This document shows positions 46,503 through 55,439 of a stretch of DNA of 64,000 nucleotides, one piece after another. The DNA comes from Deltaproteobacteria bacterium. GTDB taxonomy: Bacteria > Desulfobacterota > Binatia > HRBIN30 > JACQVA1. Positions within the stretch are counted from its first letter, which is position 1. Each line of letters opens with the position of its first letter. A program made the translations under genes and the position numbers. The notes beneath the pieces are model-generated. The model saw nothing but the letters and a program-made list of their open reading frames with translations. It ran no database searches and was not told where the DNA came from. The stretch lies in NCBI GenBank assembly GCA_016178705.1, contig JACOST010000028.1, positions 516,951 to 580,950 of the forward strand. The letters run 5' to 3'.

Positions 46503-47373
46503 GTCGATCCGTCAACGTCCGCGCAAACAGGCGGCGAGGCGGGTGCGGCCACAGCCTAAGCCGCGACGCGCGGCGCCCCGTCGTGCCAAGGCGGCGCCGT
46601 CACGCATTCATCCGACAGCGATCATCGCGTCCGGCGCTGTGCTCGGCGCCGACGTCACCGTCGGCGCCTACACCGTCATTGGTCCACGCGTCCGAATTGG
46701 AGCTGGCACCTGGATCGGCCCGCACGCCGTGATCGACGGCCACACCACGATCGGCGCCGGCAATCACATCTTTCAGTTCGCAGCGATCGGCGCGATTCCG
46801 CAAGATCTCAAGTACCGCGGGGAAGACAGCGAACTCATCATCGGCGATCACAACATGATCCGCGAGTTCACCACGCTCCACCCGGGCACCACCGGCGGCG
46901 GTATGATCACCCGCGTCGGCCACCACAATTTGCTGATGGCCTACACGCATGTCGCGCACGACTGCCGCCTCGGCGATCACAACATTCTAGCTAATGGGGC
47001 GCAGCTCGGCGGCCACGTGACCGTGCAAGACTACGCTGTCGTCGGCGCGCTGGTCGGCGTGCTGCAGTTTGCCAAGATCGGCGAATCGGTTATCTTGGGC
47101 GCCGGTTCGATGGTGTCACAAGACGTTGCCCCCTTCTGCAATGCGACCGGCGACCGGGCCGTGCTGCACGGCCTCAACACGCTCGGTCTACAACGGCGCG
47201 GGTTCGGTGAGGACATCGTTCGGGCGTTGAAGCAAGCGTATCGCATCGTGTTCCGCTCCGGGCTCAAGCTGGCCGAAGCGGTCGCGCAGGTGCGCGCCGA
47301 GTTGCCGGGTTTCCCAGAGGTCGACCGTTTCATCAGGTTCATCGAAACCTCCGAGCGGGGCGTGTGCCGCTAG
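46495..47373 (+). CDS. lpxA: UDP-N-acetylglucosamine acyltransferase with basic N-terminal extension
   Basis: IHPTAII hexapeptide repeats, PQDLKY, IREFTT, HVAHDC, GLNTLGL.RRGF. Confidence 0.94.
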   Translation: MPKSIRQRPRKQAARRVRPQPKPRRAAPRRAKAAPSRIHPTAIIASGAVLGADVTVGAYTVIGPRVRIGAGTWIGPHAVIDGHTTIGAGNHIFQFAAIGAIPQDLKYRGEDSELIIGDHNMIREFTTLHPGTTGGGMITRVGHHNLLMAYTHVAHDCRLGDHNILANGAQLGGHVTVQDYAVVGALVGVLQFAKIGESVILGAGSMVSQDVAPFCNATGDRAVLHGLNTLGLQRRGFGEDIVRALKQAYRIVFRSGLKLAEAVAQVRAELPGFPEVDRFIRFIETSERGVCR

Positions 47374-47375
47374 GA

Positions 47376-47413
47376 GTGGACGGTCCACGGTTGCGCAACC
47401 GTCGACTGTCGAC
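47376..47413. repeat. palindromic intergenic element with heptamer arms
   Basis: GTGGACG GTCCACG GTTGCGCAAC CGTCGAC TGTCGAC; perfect 16-bp core ACGGTTGCGCAACCGT. Confidence 0.6.
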
Positions 47414-47425
47414 TGGTCTGATCGT

Positions 47426-48250
47426 ATGCAACGCGTCGGACTAATTGCCGGCAACGGTCGCTTCCCGCTGATCTTCGCGGAAACCGCGCGCGCGGCCGGC
47501 TATGAAGTTGTCGCCGTGGCCCACGAGGGTGAAACGCCGCCCGAATTGAGCGCCGCCGTCGCCAGCATCACCTGGATTAAAGTCGGCGAATTGGAACGCA
47601 TGGTTCAGGCCTTCCGGTCGCATCAGATCACGCAGGCGGTGATGGCTGGCGGCATTCGCAAGGCGACGTTGCTCACGAACTTCGCGCCCGACGAGCGCGC
47701 CATGCGCTTCCTTGCGCGGCTCACCGCGTTCTCCGACGACACGCTGTTGCGCGGTGTGGCGGAGGAGCTCGAAAGTGAAGGCGTCCATATCGTCGACTCG
47801 ATGCCGTTCCTGGATTCCATCTGCACCACCGAAGGTGTGTTATCGGCGCGAGCGCCGGACGAGCGCCAGTGGCGCGACATTCGTTTCGGGTTTGATGTCG
47901 CCAAGGGTGTCGGCCGCTTTGACGTGGGGCAGAGCGTGGTCGTCCAGTCGGGGATGGTGCTGGCCGTCGAGGCGATCGAGGGCACCGATGCCGCGATGCA
48001 ACGCGCCGGGCAACTCGGAGCCCGCGGCGCCGTTGTGGTTAAGGCCAGCAAGCCGGGGCAAGATCTGCGCTTCGACGTGCCCGCCGTCGGACCCGGCACG
48101 GTGAACGTGGCGCGGGCGGCGGGGATTGCAGTGATCGCCCTCGAAGCCGGTCGGACGTTGATGCTCGACAAGGTCGCGTTTCTCGCCCAGGCCGATGCGG
48201 CCGATCTCGTCATCGTTGGAATCGCGGTTGGAGTCGCTCCCAGCCCATGA
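47426..48250 (+). CDS. lpxI: UDP-2,3-diacylglucosamine pyrophosphatase LpxI
   Basis: GLIAGNGRFP, DVGQSVVV, AVEAIEGTD, KPGQDLRFDVPAVG. Confidence 0.93.
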   Translation: MQRVGLIAGNGRFPLIFAETARAAGYEVVAVAHEGETPPELSAAVASITWIKVGELERMVQAFRSHQITQAVMAGGIRKATLLTNFAPDERAMRFLARLTAFSDDTLLRGVAEELESEGVHIVDSMPFLDSICTTEGVLSARAPDERQWRDIRFGFDVAKGVGRFDVGQSVVVQSGMVLAVEAIEGTDAAMQRAGQLGARGAVVVKASKPGQDLRFDVPAVGPGTVNVARAAGIAVIALEAGRTLMLDKVAFLAQADAADLVIVGIAVGVAPSP

Positions 48251-49194
48251 CGCGCACCGGTTCATCTCCGCTGCGGGCCGCGGTGATCGGGGCGGGATAT
48301 CTCGGACCATTTCACGGCGACAAGTACGCGAGCTTGGAGAATGTCGAACTCGTCGGCATCGTCGACATCGATCCCACGCGCGCGGCCGAGTGCGCGCAAC
48401 GCTGTCATACGCGGGCGTTCACCGACTATCGCGCGCTGTTCAACCAAGTCGATTGCGTCAGCCTCGCCGTCCCGACCACGGCGCACGCGGTGATCGCGCG
48501 CGACCTGCTGCAGCACGGGATCGACGTGCTGGTCGAGAAACCGCTCACCGCGACGGTCGCTGAAGGGCGCGAGCTCGTCGCGGTGGCGGAAGCGTGCGGG
48601 CGTATTCTGCAGGTCGGACACCTCGAGCGGTTCAATCCCGCCATTCGTTCGCTCGCCGGCGTGTTGACGCAGCCGCGCTTCATCGAGTGCCATCGCCTCG
48701 CGTCGTTCGTCGAGCGCGGCACCGAAGTCGATGTCATTCTCGATCTGATGATTCACGACCTTGACGTGATCCTCAGCGTCGTGCGTGGCGAGGTGGAACG
48801 CATCGAGGCGGTGGGCGTGCCGGTGCTGACCGAACAGATCGACATCGCCAACGCGCGGCTCCGCTTCAGCAGCGGCTGCATCGCCAACGTGACCGCGAGT
48901 CGGGTGGCGACCAAGCGTGAACGCAAGATCAGGTTTTTCCAATCCGACACGTATGTCTCGGTCGACTACGACGCCAAGTACACGCGCATCCTGCGTCGGC
49001 GCGCGGGCGCGAGCGGTTCGCCCGAGATCGATGCGGAGGAACTCCAGTTCACCGACGCCGACTCGTTGCTGGCGGAGATCACGGACTTCGTCGACGCCGT
49101 CCGTCATCGTCGCGCGCCGGTGGTCGATGGACGCGCCGCGCTGCGCGCGCTCGAAGTCGCGCATCGCATCAAGGACGCCGTGGAAACCATATGA
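48247..49194 (+). CDS. gnnA: Gfo/Idh/MocA oxidoreductase, GnnA-like (UDP-GlcNAc 3-dehydrogenase)
   Basis: IGAGYLG, VEKP, VGHLERFNP, DVILDLMIHDLD, ANVTASRV; located between lpxI and lpxB. Confidence 0.75.
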   Translation: MTRTGSSPLRAAVIGAGYLGPFHGDKYASLENVELVGIVDIDPTRAAECAQRCHTRAFTDYRALFNQVDCVSLAVPTTAHAVIARDLLQHGIDVLVEKPLTATVAEGRELVAVAEACGRILQVGHLERFNPAIRSLAGVLTQPRFIECHRLASFVERGTEVDVILDLMIHDLDVILSVVRGEVERIEAVGVPVLTEQIDIANARLRFSSGCIANVTASRVATKRERKIRFFQSDTYVSVDYDAKYTRILRRRAGASGSPEIDAEELQFTDADSLLAEITDFVDAVRHRRAPVVDGRAALRALEVAHRIKDAVETI

Positions 49195-50342
49195 ACGACG
49201 GCCTCGCCGCCTCGTCTTCGGGGACGAAGCGCGTCTTGTTGGTTGCCGGTGAAGCCTCGGGTGATTTGCACGCTGCAGCCCTGGTTCTTGCGTTGCGTAA
49301 ACTGGATACGACCATTGAAGTGTCCGGCGTGGGTGGCCAGCATCTGCGCGCGGCCGGCATGCAGATCCTGGTCGATACGGCGCACGTCGCCACGATGGGG
49401 TTCACCGAGACTTTCGGCACACTCGGGCGGCTGCTCTCGACCTATCGCCGCTTGCTGCGCTTCCTCGACGAGCACAAGCCGCGGGTGGTGATCCTGGTCG
49501 ACTATCCCGAGTTCAACATGTTGTTGGCCCGGGCAGCGAAGCGCCGCGGCATCCGCGTATTCTACTTCATCGGCCCGCAAGTATGGGCGTGGCGGCGCGG
49601 GCGGGTGCGCAAGATCGTCGAGCGCATCGACCGCATGGCGGTGGTGTTTCCGTTCGAGCCCGAACTGTACAACGTCAACGGCAGATCGGTGGCGGAGTTC
49701 GTCGGCCATCCGCTCTTGGATCGCGTGCGCGTGACGGCATCACGCGCCGAGACGCTGGCGCGCCACGGGCTCGATCCCACCAAGCGCACGCTCGCGTTGT
49801 TGCCCGGCAGCCGCAAGAAGGAAGTGCGCCATCTGCTCGCGCCGAGCATCGCCGCGGCGCAACGTTTGATAGCCGAAGACGGGTGGCAGGCGATCGTGGC
49901 ACTGGCGCCAACGGTGAGCGTTGACGAACTGCGCGCGACGCTGGGTCGTGACGTGCCGATTCCAGTAGCCGTCGACGACACCTACAATGTCGTCGCCGCC
50001 GCGGATGCGGCGTTGGTGACCTCGGGCACCGCGACCCTCGAGACCGTCCTGCTCGGCTGCCCGATGGTGATCATGTATCGCGTATCGCCCGTGACCTTTG
50101 CGGTGGCGCGTCGATTGGTGCACCTCGATTACATCGGCATGCCGAACATCATTCTCGGCCGAGCGGTGTTTCCCGAGTTGCTTCAGCGGGCGGTCACTCC
50201 GGACGCGTTGGTGGCCGCAGTGCGCGGCCTAGCGGCGCGGCACGAGGAACACGTGGCGGCCTTGGCGACCGTTCGCTCACGTCTTGGCACGCCGGGGGCA
50301 GCGCAACGGGCCGCCGCTATGGTATTGGAGTTGGTGTCATGA
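49191..50342 (+). CDS. lpxB: lipid-A-disaccharide synthase
   Basis: AGEASGD, DYPEFN, PQVWAWR, FPFE, VGHPL, LLPGSR..E, SGTATLE. Confidence 0.96.
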   Translation: MNDGLAASSSGTKRVLLVAGEASGDLHAAALVLALRKLDTTIEVSGVGGQHLRAAGMQILVDTAHVATMGFTETFGTLGRLLSTYRRLLRFLDEHKPRVVILVDYPEFNMLLARAAKRRGIRVFYFIGPQVWAWRRGRVRKIVERIDRMAVVFPFEPELYNVNGRSVAEFVGHPLLDRVRVTASRAETLARHGLDPTKRTLALLPGSRKKEVRHLLAPSIAAAQRLIAEDGWQAIVALAPTVSVDELRATLGRDVPIPVAVDDTYNVVAAADAALVTSGTATLETVLLGCPMVIMYRVSPVTFAVARRLVHLDYIGMPNIILGRAVFPELLQRAVTPDALVAAVRGLAARHEEHVAALATVRSRLGTPGAAQRAAAMVLELVS

Positions 50343-52093
50343 GCCAGATGTATCGCCGCCTGCTCAAGTACCTGCGCCCGTACTGGTGGCCGCACTTCAC
50401 GCTCGCCGTCGTGTGCATGGTGTTCTACAGCGCCAGCAACGGCGTGATGCCGTTCCTGGTGCGCCATATCTTCGATGACGTGTTCACCAACAAGGACGCG
50501 CTGTCGCTCCAAGTGCTTCCCGGCATCATCATTGCCACCTTTCTGGCGCGGGGCCTGTTCGGGTTCGGCAATACCTACCTCACCGAATACGTCGGCCAAC
50601 GCATCATCGCCGATTTGCGCAACGAACTGAACGAGCACGTCCAGCGCCTGTCGCTGTCGTTCTTCAATCGCACTCCGACCGGCACGATTCTGTCTCGTAT
50701 CACCAACGACGTGGCGTTGGTGCGCTCGGCCCTCACCGACGCCGTCGCGTCGATTCTAAAGGACGCGACCTCGCTGCTGGTGTTGGTCGGGGTCGCCTTC
50801 TGGCAAGACTGGCTGCTGTCGCTGATCGCGTTCATCGTGTTCCCGGCCTCGGTGCTGCCGATCATCCGGCTCTCCAAGCGGTTGCGGGGCTTCAGCAAGA
50901 AGGGTCAGGTATCGATGGCCAACCTCACCGTCCTGCTGCAGGAAACGGTGCAGGGCAATCGCGTGGTGAAAGCGTTTGGGATGGAACAGTACGAGCAGCG
51001 CCGCTTCGCCGAGGAGAATGATCGCCTGTTCAAGTTGTCGATGAAGGCCACGCGCATCCGGGCATTCACGAACCCGATGATGGAAGTCCTGGCAGCGTTC
51101 GGGATCGCCGGCGTGGTCTGGTACGGCGGCCACAGCGTCATCGCCGGCGGCCGTACCCAGGGCTCGTTCCTAGCGTTCCTGACCGCGTTGTTTCTGCTCT
51201 ACGATCCGTTCAAAGCGCTGGCGAAGACCAACAACGTCGTGCAGCAAGGCCTCGCCGCCGCCGAGCGCGTCTTCGAGTTGCTCGACACCGAGACCGACGT
51301 GCCCGAGCACGCCGACGGCCGACCGATGGGTCTGCTACGCGATGGTATCGAGTTTCAGCATGTCGGCTTTCGCTACGATCACGACCTCGTGTTGAACGAC
51401 GTGAACCTCAAGATCATGCGTGGAGAGTTGGTGGCGCTGGTGGGGACGAGCGGTGGCGGCAAAAGCACGCTCGCCGACTTGGTGCTGCGGTTTTACGACG
51501 TCACAGAAGGCGTCATCAAAATCGACAGTGTGCCGGTGCGGGACTTCAGCCTGCAGAGCCTGCGCGCGCAGATCGCGCTGGTCACGCAGCATACGTTTCT
51601 CTTCAACGACACGGTGCGGAGCAATATCGCGTACGGCAACATCGACTGCGGCATGGACGCCATCATGGCGGCGGCCCGGGCGGCCAACGCGCACGACTTC
51701 ATCACGGACTTGCCCAACGGCTACGACACCGTGATCGGCGAGCTCGGCTTCAAACTCTCGGGCGGCCAACGTCAACGGCTCGCGATCGCGCGGGCGTTGT
51801 TGAAGAACGCGCCGATTCTGGTGTTGGACGAAGCCACCTCGGCGCTCGATAACGAGTCGGAGCGGCTCGTGCAGGTCGCGCTCGAAACGCTGATGGCGGG
51901 GCGCACCACGCTGGTGATCGCTCACCGGCTTTCGACCATCCGCCGCGCCGACAAGATCGTCGTGCTCTCCGGCGGCCGGGTGATAGAGCAGGGCACGCAT
52001 GATGAGCTGCTCGCGCTCAATGCCGAGTATCGCAAGTTGCACGATCTGCAATTCGAAGAGCCCGAGTCGTCGGGCGCCAAGCTGCTGCACTGA
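50339..52093 (+). CDS. msbA: lipid A export ABC transporter
   Basis: Six-TM domain plus NBD (GTSGGGKST, LSGGQRQR, DEATSALD); gene context. Confidence 0.92.
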   Translation: MSQMYRRLLKYLRPYWWPHFTLAVVCMVFYSASNGVMPFLVRHIFDDVFTNKDALSLQVLPGIIIATFLARGLFGFGNTYLTEYVGQRIIADLRNELNEHVQRLSLSFFNRTPTGTILSRITNDVALVRSALTDAVASILKDATSLLVLVGVAFWQDWLLSLIAFIVFPASVLPIIRLSKRLRGFSKKGQVSMANLTVLLQETVQGNRVVKAFGMEQYEQRRFAEENDRLFKLSMKATRIRAFTNPMMEVLAAFGIAGVVWYGGHSVIAGGRTQGSFLAFLTALFLLYDPFKALAKTNNVVQQGLAAAERVFELLDTETDVPEHADGRPMGLLRDGIEFQHVGFRYDHDLVLNDVNLKIMRGELVALVGTSGGGKSTLADLVLRFYDVTEGVIKIDSVPVRDFSLQSLRAQIALVTQHTFLFNDTVRSNIAYGNIDCGMDAIMAAARAANAHDFITDLPNGYDTVIGELGFKLSGGQRQRLAIARALLKNAPILVLDEATSALDNESERLVQVALETLMAGRTTLVIAHRLSTIRRADKIVVLSGGRVIEQGTHDELLALNAEYRKLHDLQFEEPESSGAKLLH

Positions 52094-52770
52094 TGCGGTC
52101 GCGAAGAAAGTTGCGCGAGCGGCTGCTCGGGATGCTGGTGGTGGTTGCACCGATGCTACTGAGCGGGGCGCTCTGGCTGGTGGCCAAGACGATTCGAGTC
52201 GAGTATCGCGGTGCCGAGCCGCTGTTCGAGTGCTGGCGGCGCGGCGAGAAGGTGATCATCGCCTTCTGGCACAACCGATCCGTGCTCATGCCGGTGCCAT
52301 ATCGCGGCGAGAAGATGTGCATCATGAATAGCCAGCACCGCGACGGCGAGATCGCCACACGCGCGCTCGCGCGTTGGGGCATTCGTTCCGTGCGTGGCTC
52401 GGCGACGCGTGGCGGAGCCACCGGGTTCCTGCAACTCGTCAACGCCTATCGTGAGGGATACGATCTGGCGGTGGTACCCGACGGACCGCGCGGTCCACGC
52501 TACGTCGTGAAGCCCGGCGTGATCCATCTCGCCAAAGCCACCGGCGCACGCATCTTTCCGGTTACCTACGCTGCGGGTTGGCGGAAGCAGCTGCGCAGTT
52601 GGGATCGGCTGATCATTCCTCTCCCATTTTCGCGCGTGACGTTCATCATTGGTGCACCGATTGAAGTGGATCGGCACGCCGACGAGGGCGAAGTCGAGCG
52701 CCAGCGCGGCGCGCTTGAACAGCACCTCAACGCCATCACCGCGAGTGCCGATCAGGCGTTGGCCGCTTGA
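52093..52770 (+). CDS. DUF374 lysophospholipid acyltransferase family protein (LpxJ-like)
   Basis: AFWH, SQHRDGE, VRGS.TRGG, PDGPRGP, SWDR..IPLPF. Confidence 0.88.
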   Translation: MRSRRKLRERLLGMLVVVAPMLLSGALWLVAKTIRVEYRGAEPLFECWRRGEKVIIAFWHNRSVLMPVPYRGEKMCIMNSQHRDGEIATRALARWGIRSVRGSATRGGATGFLQLVNAYREGYDLAVVPDGPRGPRYVVKPGVIHLAKATGARIFPVTYAAGWRKQLRSWDRLIIPLPFSRVTFIIGAPIEVDRHADEGEVERQRGALEQHLNAITASADQALAA

Positions 52771-52811
52771 CGAATCTGTCGAGAGTGATGCCGCGCACGA
52801 TGAGGCGGACA

Positions 52812-54089
52812 ATGAGCAGGTTGGCCTACGATGCCCTCGGTGCGGTGGTGACAGTGGTCGCCACGCCGGTGCTGCCGGTGGTGGCGCTCACGCGGCATGG
52901 CAGCGGGCTCGGCGAACGTCTCGGCGTGCTGCCCGAATCCGTGCGCGCCCTCGCCGGACGCGGCGCGATCTGGATTCACGCCGCCTCGGTGGGCGAGGTG
53001 CACGCGGCGGCGCCGTTGATTGAGGCGCTGCACGCGCGCCAGCGCGGACGGCCGATTCTGGTCACCACGACCAGCCGCACCGGGCGCGAGCAGGCACGCG
53101 GCCTTGCCGGGGTCGCCGCCGCGATGCTGTTGCCGGTCGACATCCGCTGGATCGTGGCGCGCGTGGTCCGTTTCGTTGCGCCGTCCGTCCTCGTGATCGT
53201 CGAGACCGAAATTTGGCCCGCACTATTGCACGCGGCGGCGGATGCCGGCGTGCCGGTGGTGATGGTCAGTGGCTGCATTTCGGATCGCAGTGTGGCGCGG
53301 TTCGGCTTCATGGGGACCGTTGTGGGGCCATTGATGCGCGATGCGCTTGCGCGGGTCACGGAGTTCGGGATGCAGACCGCGGCCGATGCCGACCGCATGA
53401 TGGCGTTGGGCGCGCCACCCGATCGCGTGCGTGTGACCGGGAGTTTGAAATACGCCCGCTTGGCCCCGGCGCAATTGCCCGACGTACCTCATCCGCTACC
53501 TGGGTTGGCGGGCCGTCCGTTGTTGATCGCAGCGAGTACGCAGCCTGGTGAAGAACAGGTGGTGATCGAAGCCTGCGCCGGACTTTGGTCCGCATACCCC
53601 GACTGCGTGTTGCTGCTGGCGCCACGCCGGCCCGAGCGCTTTGACGAAGTGGATCGCTTGCTGCAGCAAGCCGGCGTGCGCCGGCAGCGGCGCAGTGATC
53701 TCGGATCGGCGGTGCGGCCCGACACCCAGGCGGTTTTGCTCGATTCGGTCGGCGAACTGGCCGGCCTGTTGCCGACGGCGCGCGCCGTGTTCGTCGGGGG
53801 CACGCTCGCACCGTTGGGCGGACACAACGTGCTCGAACCCGCGGCAGCCGGCGTGCCGGTCTGCTTTGGCCCGTGCACGGAGAACGTCGCCGAGGCGGCG
53901 ACGGCGTTGCTTGTCGGTGGCGGGGCTACGCTCGTCCACGACGCCAACGAGTTGCGCGCGCTGTGGCGACGATTGCTCGCGGATGAAGGGGAGGCTCGCG
54001 CGATAGGCGCGCGCGCCTTGGCGGTGGTGCGCGCGCGCGCGGCAGTGATCGAAGATACCGTGGCGCTGGTGGAGCGGGCGCTCCGATGA
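52812..54089 (+). CDS. waaA: 3-deoxy-D-manno-octulosonic acid (Kdo) transferase
   Basis: IWIHAASVGE, ETEIWP, AAST, APRRPERF, DSVGEL, GGHNVLEPA. Start 52767 or 52812. Confidence 0.94.
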   Translation: MSRLAYDALGAVVTVVATPVLPVVALTRHGSGLGERLGVLPESVRALAGRGAIWIHAASVGEVHAAAPLIEALHARQRGRPILVTTTSRTGREQARGLAGVAAAMLLPVDIRWIVARVVRFVAPSVLVIVETEIWPALLHAAADAGVPVVMVSGCISDRSVARFGFMGTVVGPLMRDALARVTEFGMQTAADADRMMALGAPPDRVRVTGSLKYARLAPAQLPDVPHPLPGLAGRPLLIAASTQPGEEQVVIEACAGLWSAYPDCVLLLAPRRPERFDEVDRLLQQAGVRRQRRSDLGSAVRPDTQAVLLDSVGELAGLLPTARAVFVGGTLAPLGGHNVLEPAAAGVPVCFGPCTENVAEAATALLVGGGATLVHDANELRALWRRLLADEGEARAIGARALAVVRARAAVIEDTVALVERALR

Positions 54090-55183
54090 CCGTTGCCCGA
54101 CGCGTGCGCGAATCGGTGTGGCCGCGACGTGGCGTCGCCGGCTGGATCGGGTGGTTGGCGCTGCGGCCGCTGGCGAGCGTCTTCGGCGTCGCGGTGAGCG
54201 CCCGCAATCTCGGCTATCGCGTCGGTGTGTTGCGCACGGCGCACGCACCGCTGCCGGTGGTCAGCATCGGCAACCTTACGGTCGGTGGAACCGGCAAAAC
54301 GCCGATGACGCTGTGGCTGGCGGACACCTTGCGGTTGCGCGATTGTCGCCCCGCGATCTTGCTGCGCGGCTATCGCGGGAGTGCCGATGGAGTGACCGTG
54401 GTGTCGGAGGGACAGGGGCCGCTGGTGAGTGTCGAGGATGTTGGTGACGAGGCGGTGATGCTGGCGCGCCGTTTCGCCGGCGTCGTGCTCACCGCGCGCC
54501 GCCGGATCGACGGTGCGCGACGCGCCGCGGAACTTGGCTGCAGCTTGCTCCTGCTCGACGACGGATTTCAACATCGCGCGTTGGCGCGCGACTTCGACGT
54601 GGTGTTGGTGAGCGAGATGCGCGGACCGTTGCTGCCTGCCGGCCCGAATCGCGAACGGCCAAGCGCGTTGCGGCGCGCCGATGCCATCGTCGCGATCGGC
54701 AGCGACGGCGAGCGGACGGCGCCGACGTTGCCGCGCAGCGTGGCCAACAAGCCATTCTTTCATGGGCGGTTTGTGCCGAGCGGGTTGATCACGTCTGATG
54801 CGGGCATGTGGCGCGAGTTGCCGCTCGCCGACCTCGCCGGGCGGCGGGTCGCGGCGGTGGCGGGCATCGGGTCGCCCGATCGCTTCTACCGGCTGCTCCA
54901 CCAACTGGAGGCGCAACTGGAAGAGATCATCGAATACCCGGATCACCACCGCTACACACGCGCGGATTGGCAAGAGATCACGCGCCGCACGCGCAACCTG
55001 GATTTGGTGGTGACGACGGAGAAGGACCTGGTGAAGCTGGAGGCCTTTCCCTTTGCAAGAGGTAAACTGGTTGCGCTACGAATTACCGCGGAAGTCGACC
55101 GCGGCGACGAATTGGTCGAGCTGATGCTGGCTCGCGCCGAAACCAGCGCCGCGACTGTAGGAGGAACCCATGGCGATCAGTAA
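54086..55183 (+). CDS. lpxK: tetraacyldisaccharide 4'-kinase
   Basis: SIGNLTVGGTGKTP, GDE, LDDGFQH, LLPAGP.RE, PDHH.Y, TTEKD.VKL. Confidence 0.96.
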   Translation: MTVARRVRESVWPRRGVAGWIGWLALRPLASVFGVAVSARNLGYRVGVLRTAHAPLPVVSIGNLTVGGTGKTPMTLWLADTLRLRDCRPAILLRGYRGSADGVTVVSEGQGPLVSVEDVGDEAVMLARRFAGVVLTARRRIDGARRAAELGCSLLLLDDGFQHRALARDFDVVLVSEMRGPLLPAGPNRERPSALRRADAIVAIGSDGERTAPTLPRSVANKPFFHGRFVPSGLITSDAGMWRELPLADLAGRRVAAVAGIGSPDRFYRLLHQLEAQLEEIIEYPDHHRYTRADWQEITRRTRNLDLVVTTEKDLVKLEAFPFARGKLVALRITAEVDRGDELVELMLARAETSAATVGGTHGDQ

Positions 55184-55343
55184 GGAACTATTGGACATCC
55201 TGGCGTGCCCCAAGTGCAAGGGCGAGATTCATCTGACCCCAAAGGAAGACGGCTTGGTGTGCAACGCGTGCAAGCTGTTGTACCCGATCAAGGATGACAT
55301 CCCGATCATGCTGATCGACGAGGCGATTCGAATGGAATCGTGA
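55170..55343 (+). CDS. ycaR: Trm112/YcaR family protein, 57 aa (not in ORF track)
   Basis: MAISKELLDILACPKCKG...LVCNACKLLYPIKDDIPIML.DEA; GGAGGA RBS; usual position after lpxK. Confidence 0.9.
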   Translation: MAISKELLDILACPKCKGEIHLTPKEDGLVCNACKLLYPIKDDIPIMLIDEAIRMES

Positions 55344-55430
55344 AGCGTGAAGCGTGAGTCGTGAGACGTGAGCCGAGCTTGGGACACGTCTACATCGGGA
55401 CAATTCACGAGTCACGACTCACCACTCACG
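55339..55430. repeat. inverted pair of heptamer tandem arrays
   Basis: CGTGAAG CGTGAAG CGTGAGT CGTGAGA CGTGAGC ... ATTCACG AGTCACG ACTCACC ACTCACG. Confidence 0.85.
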
Positions 55431-55439
55431 CCGCCCGCC

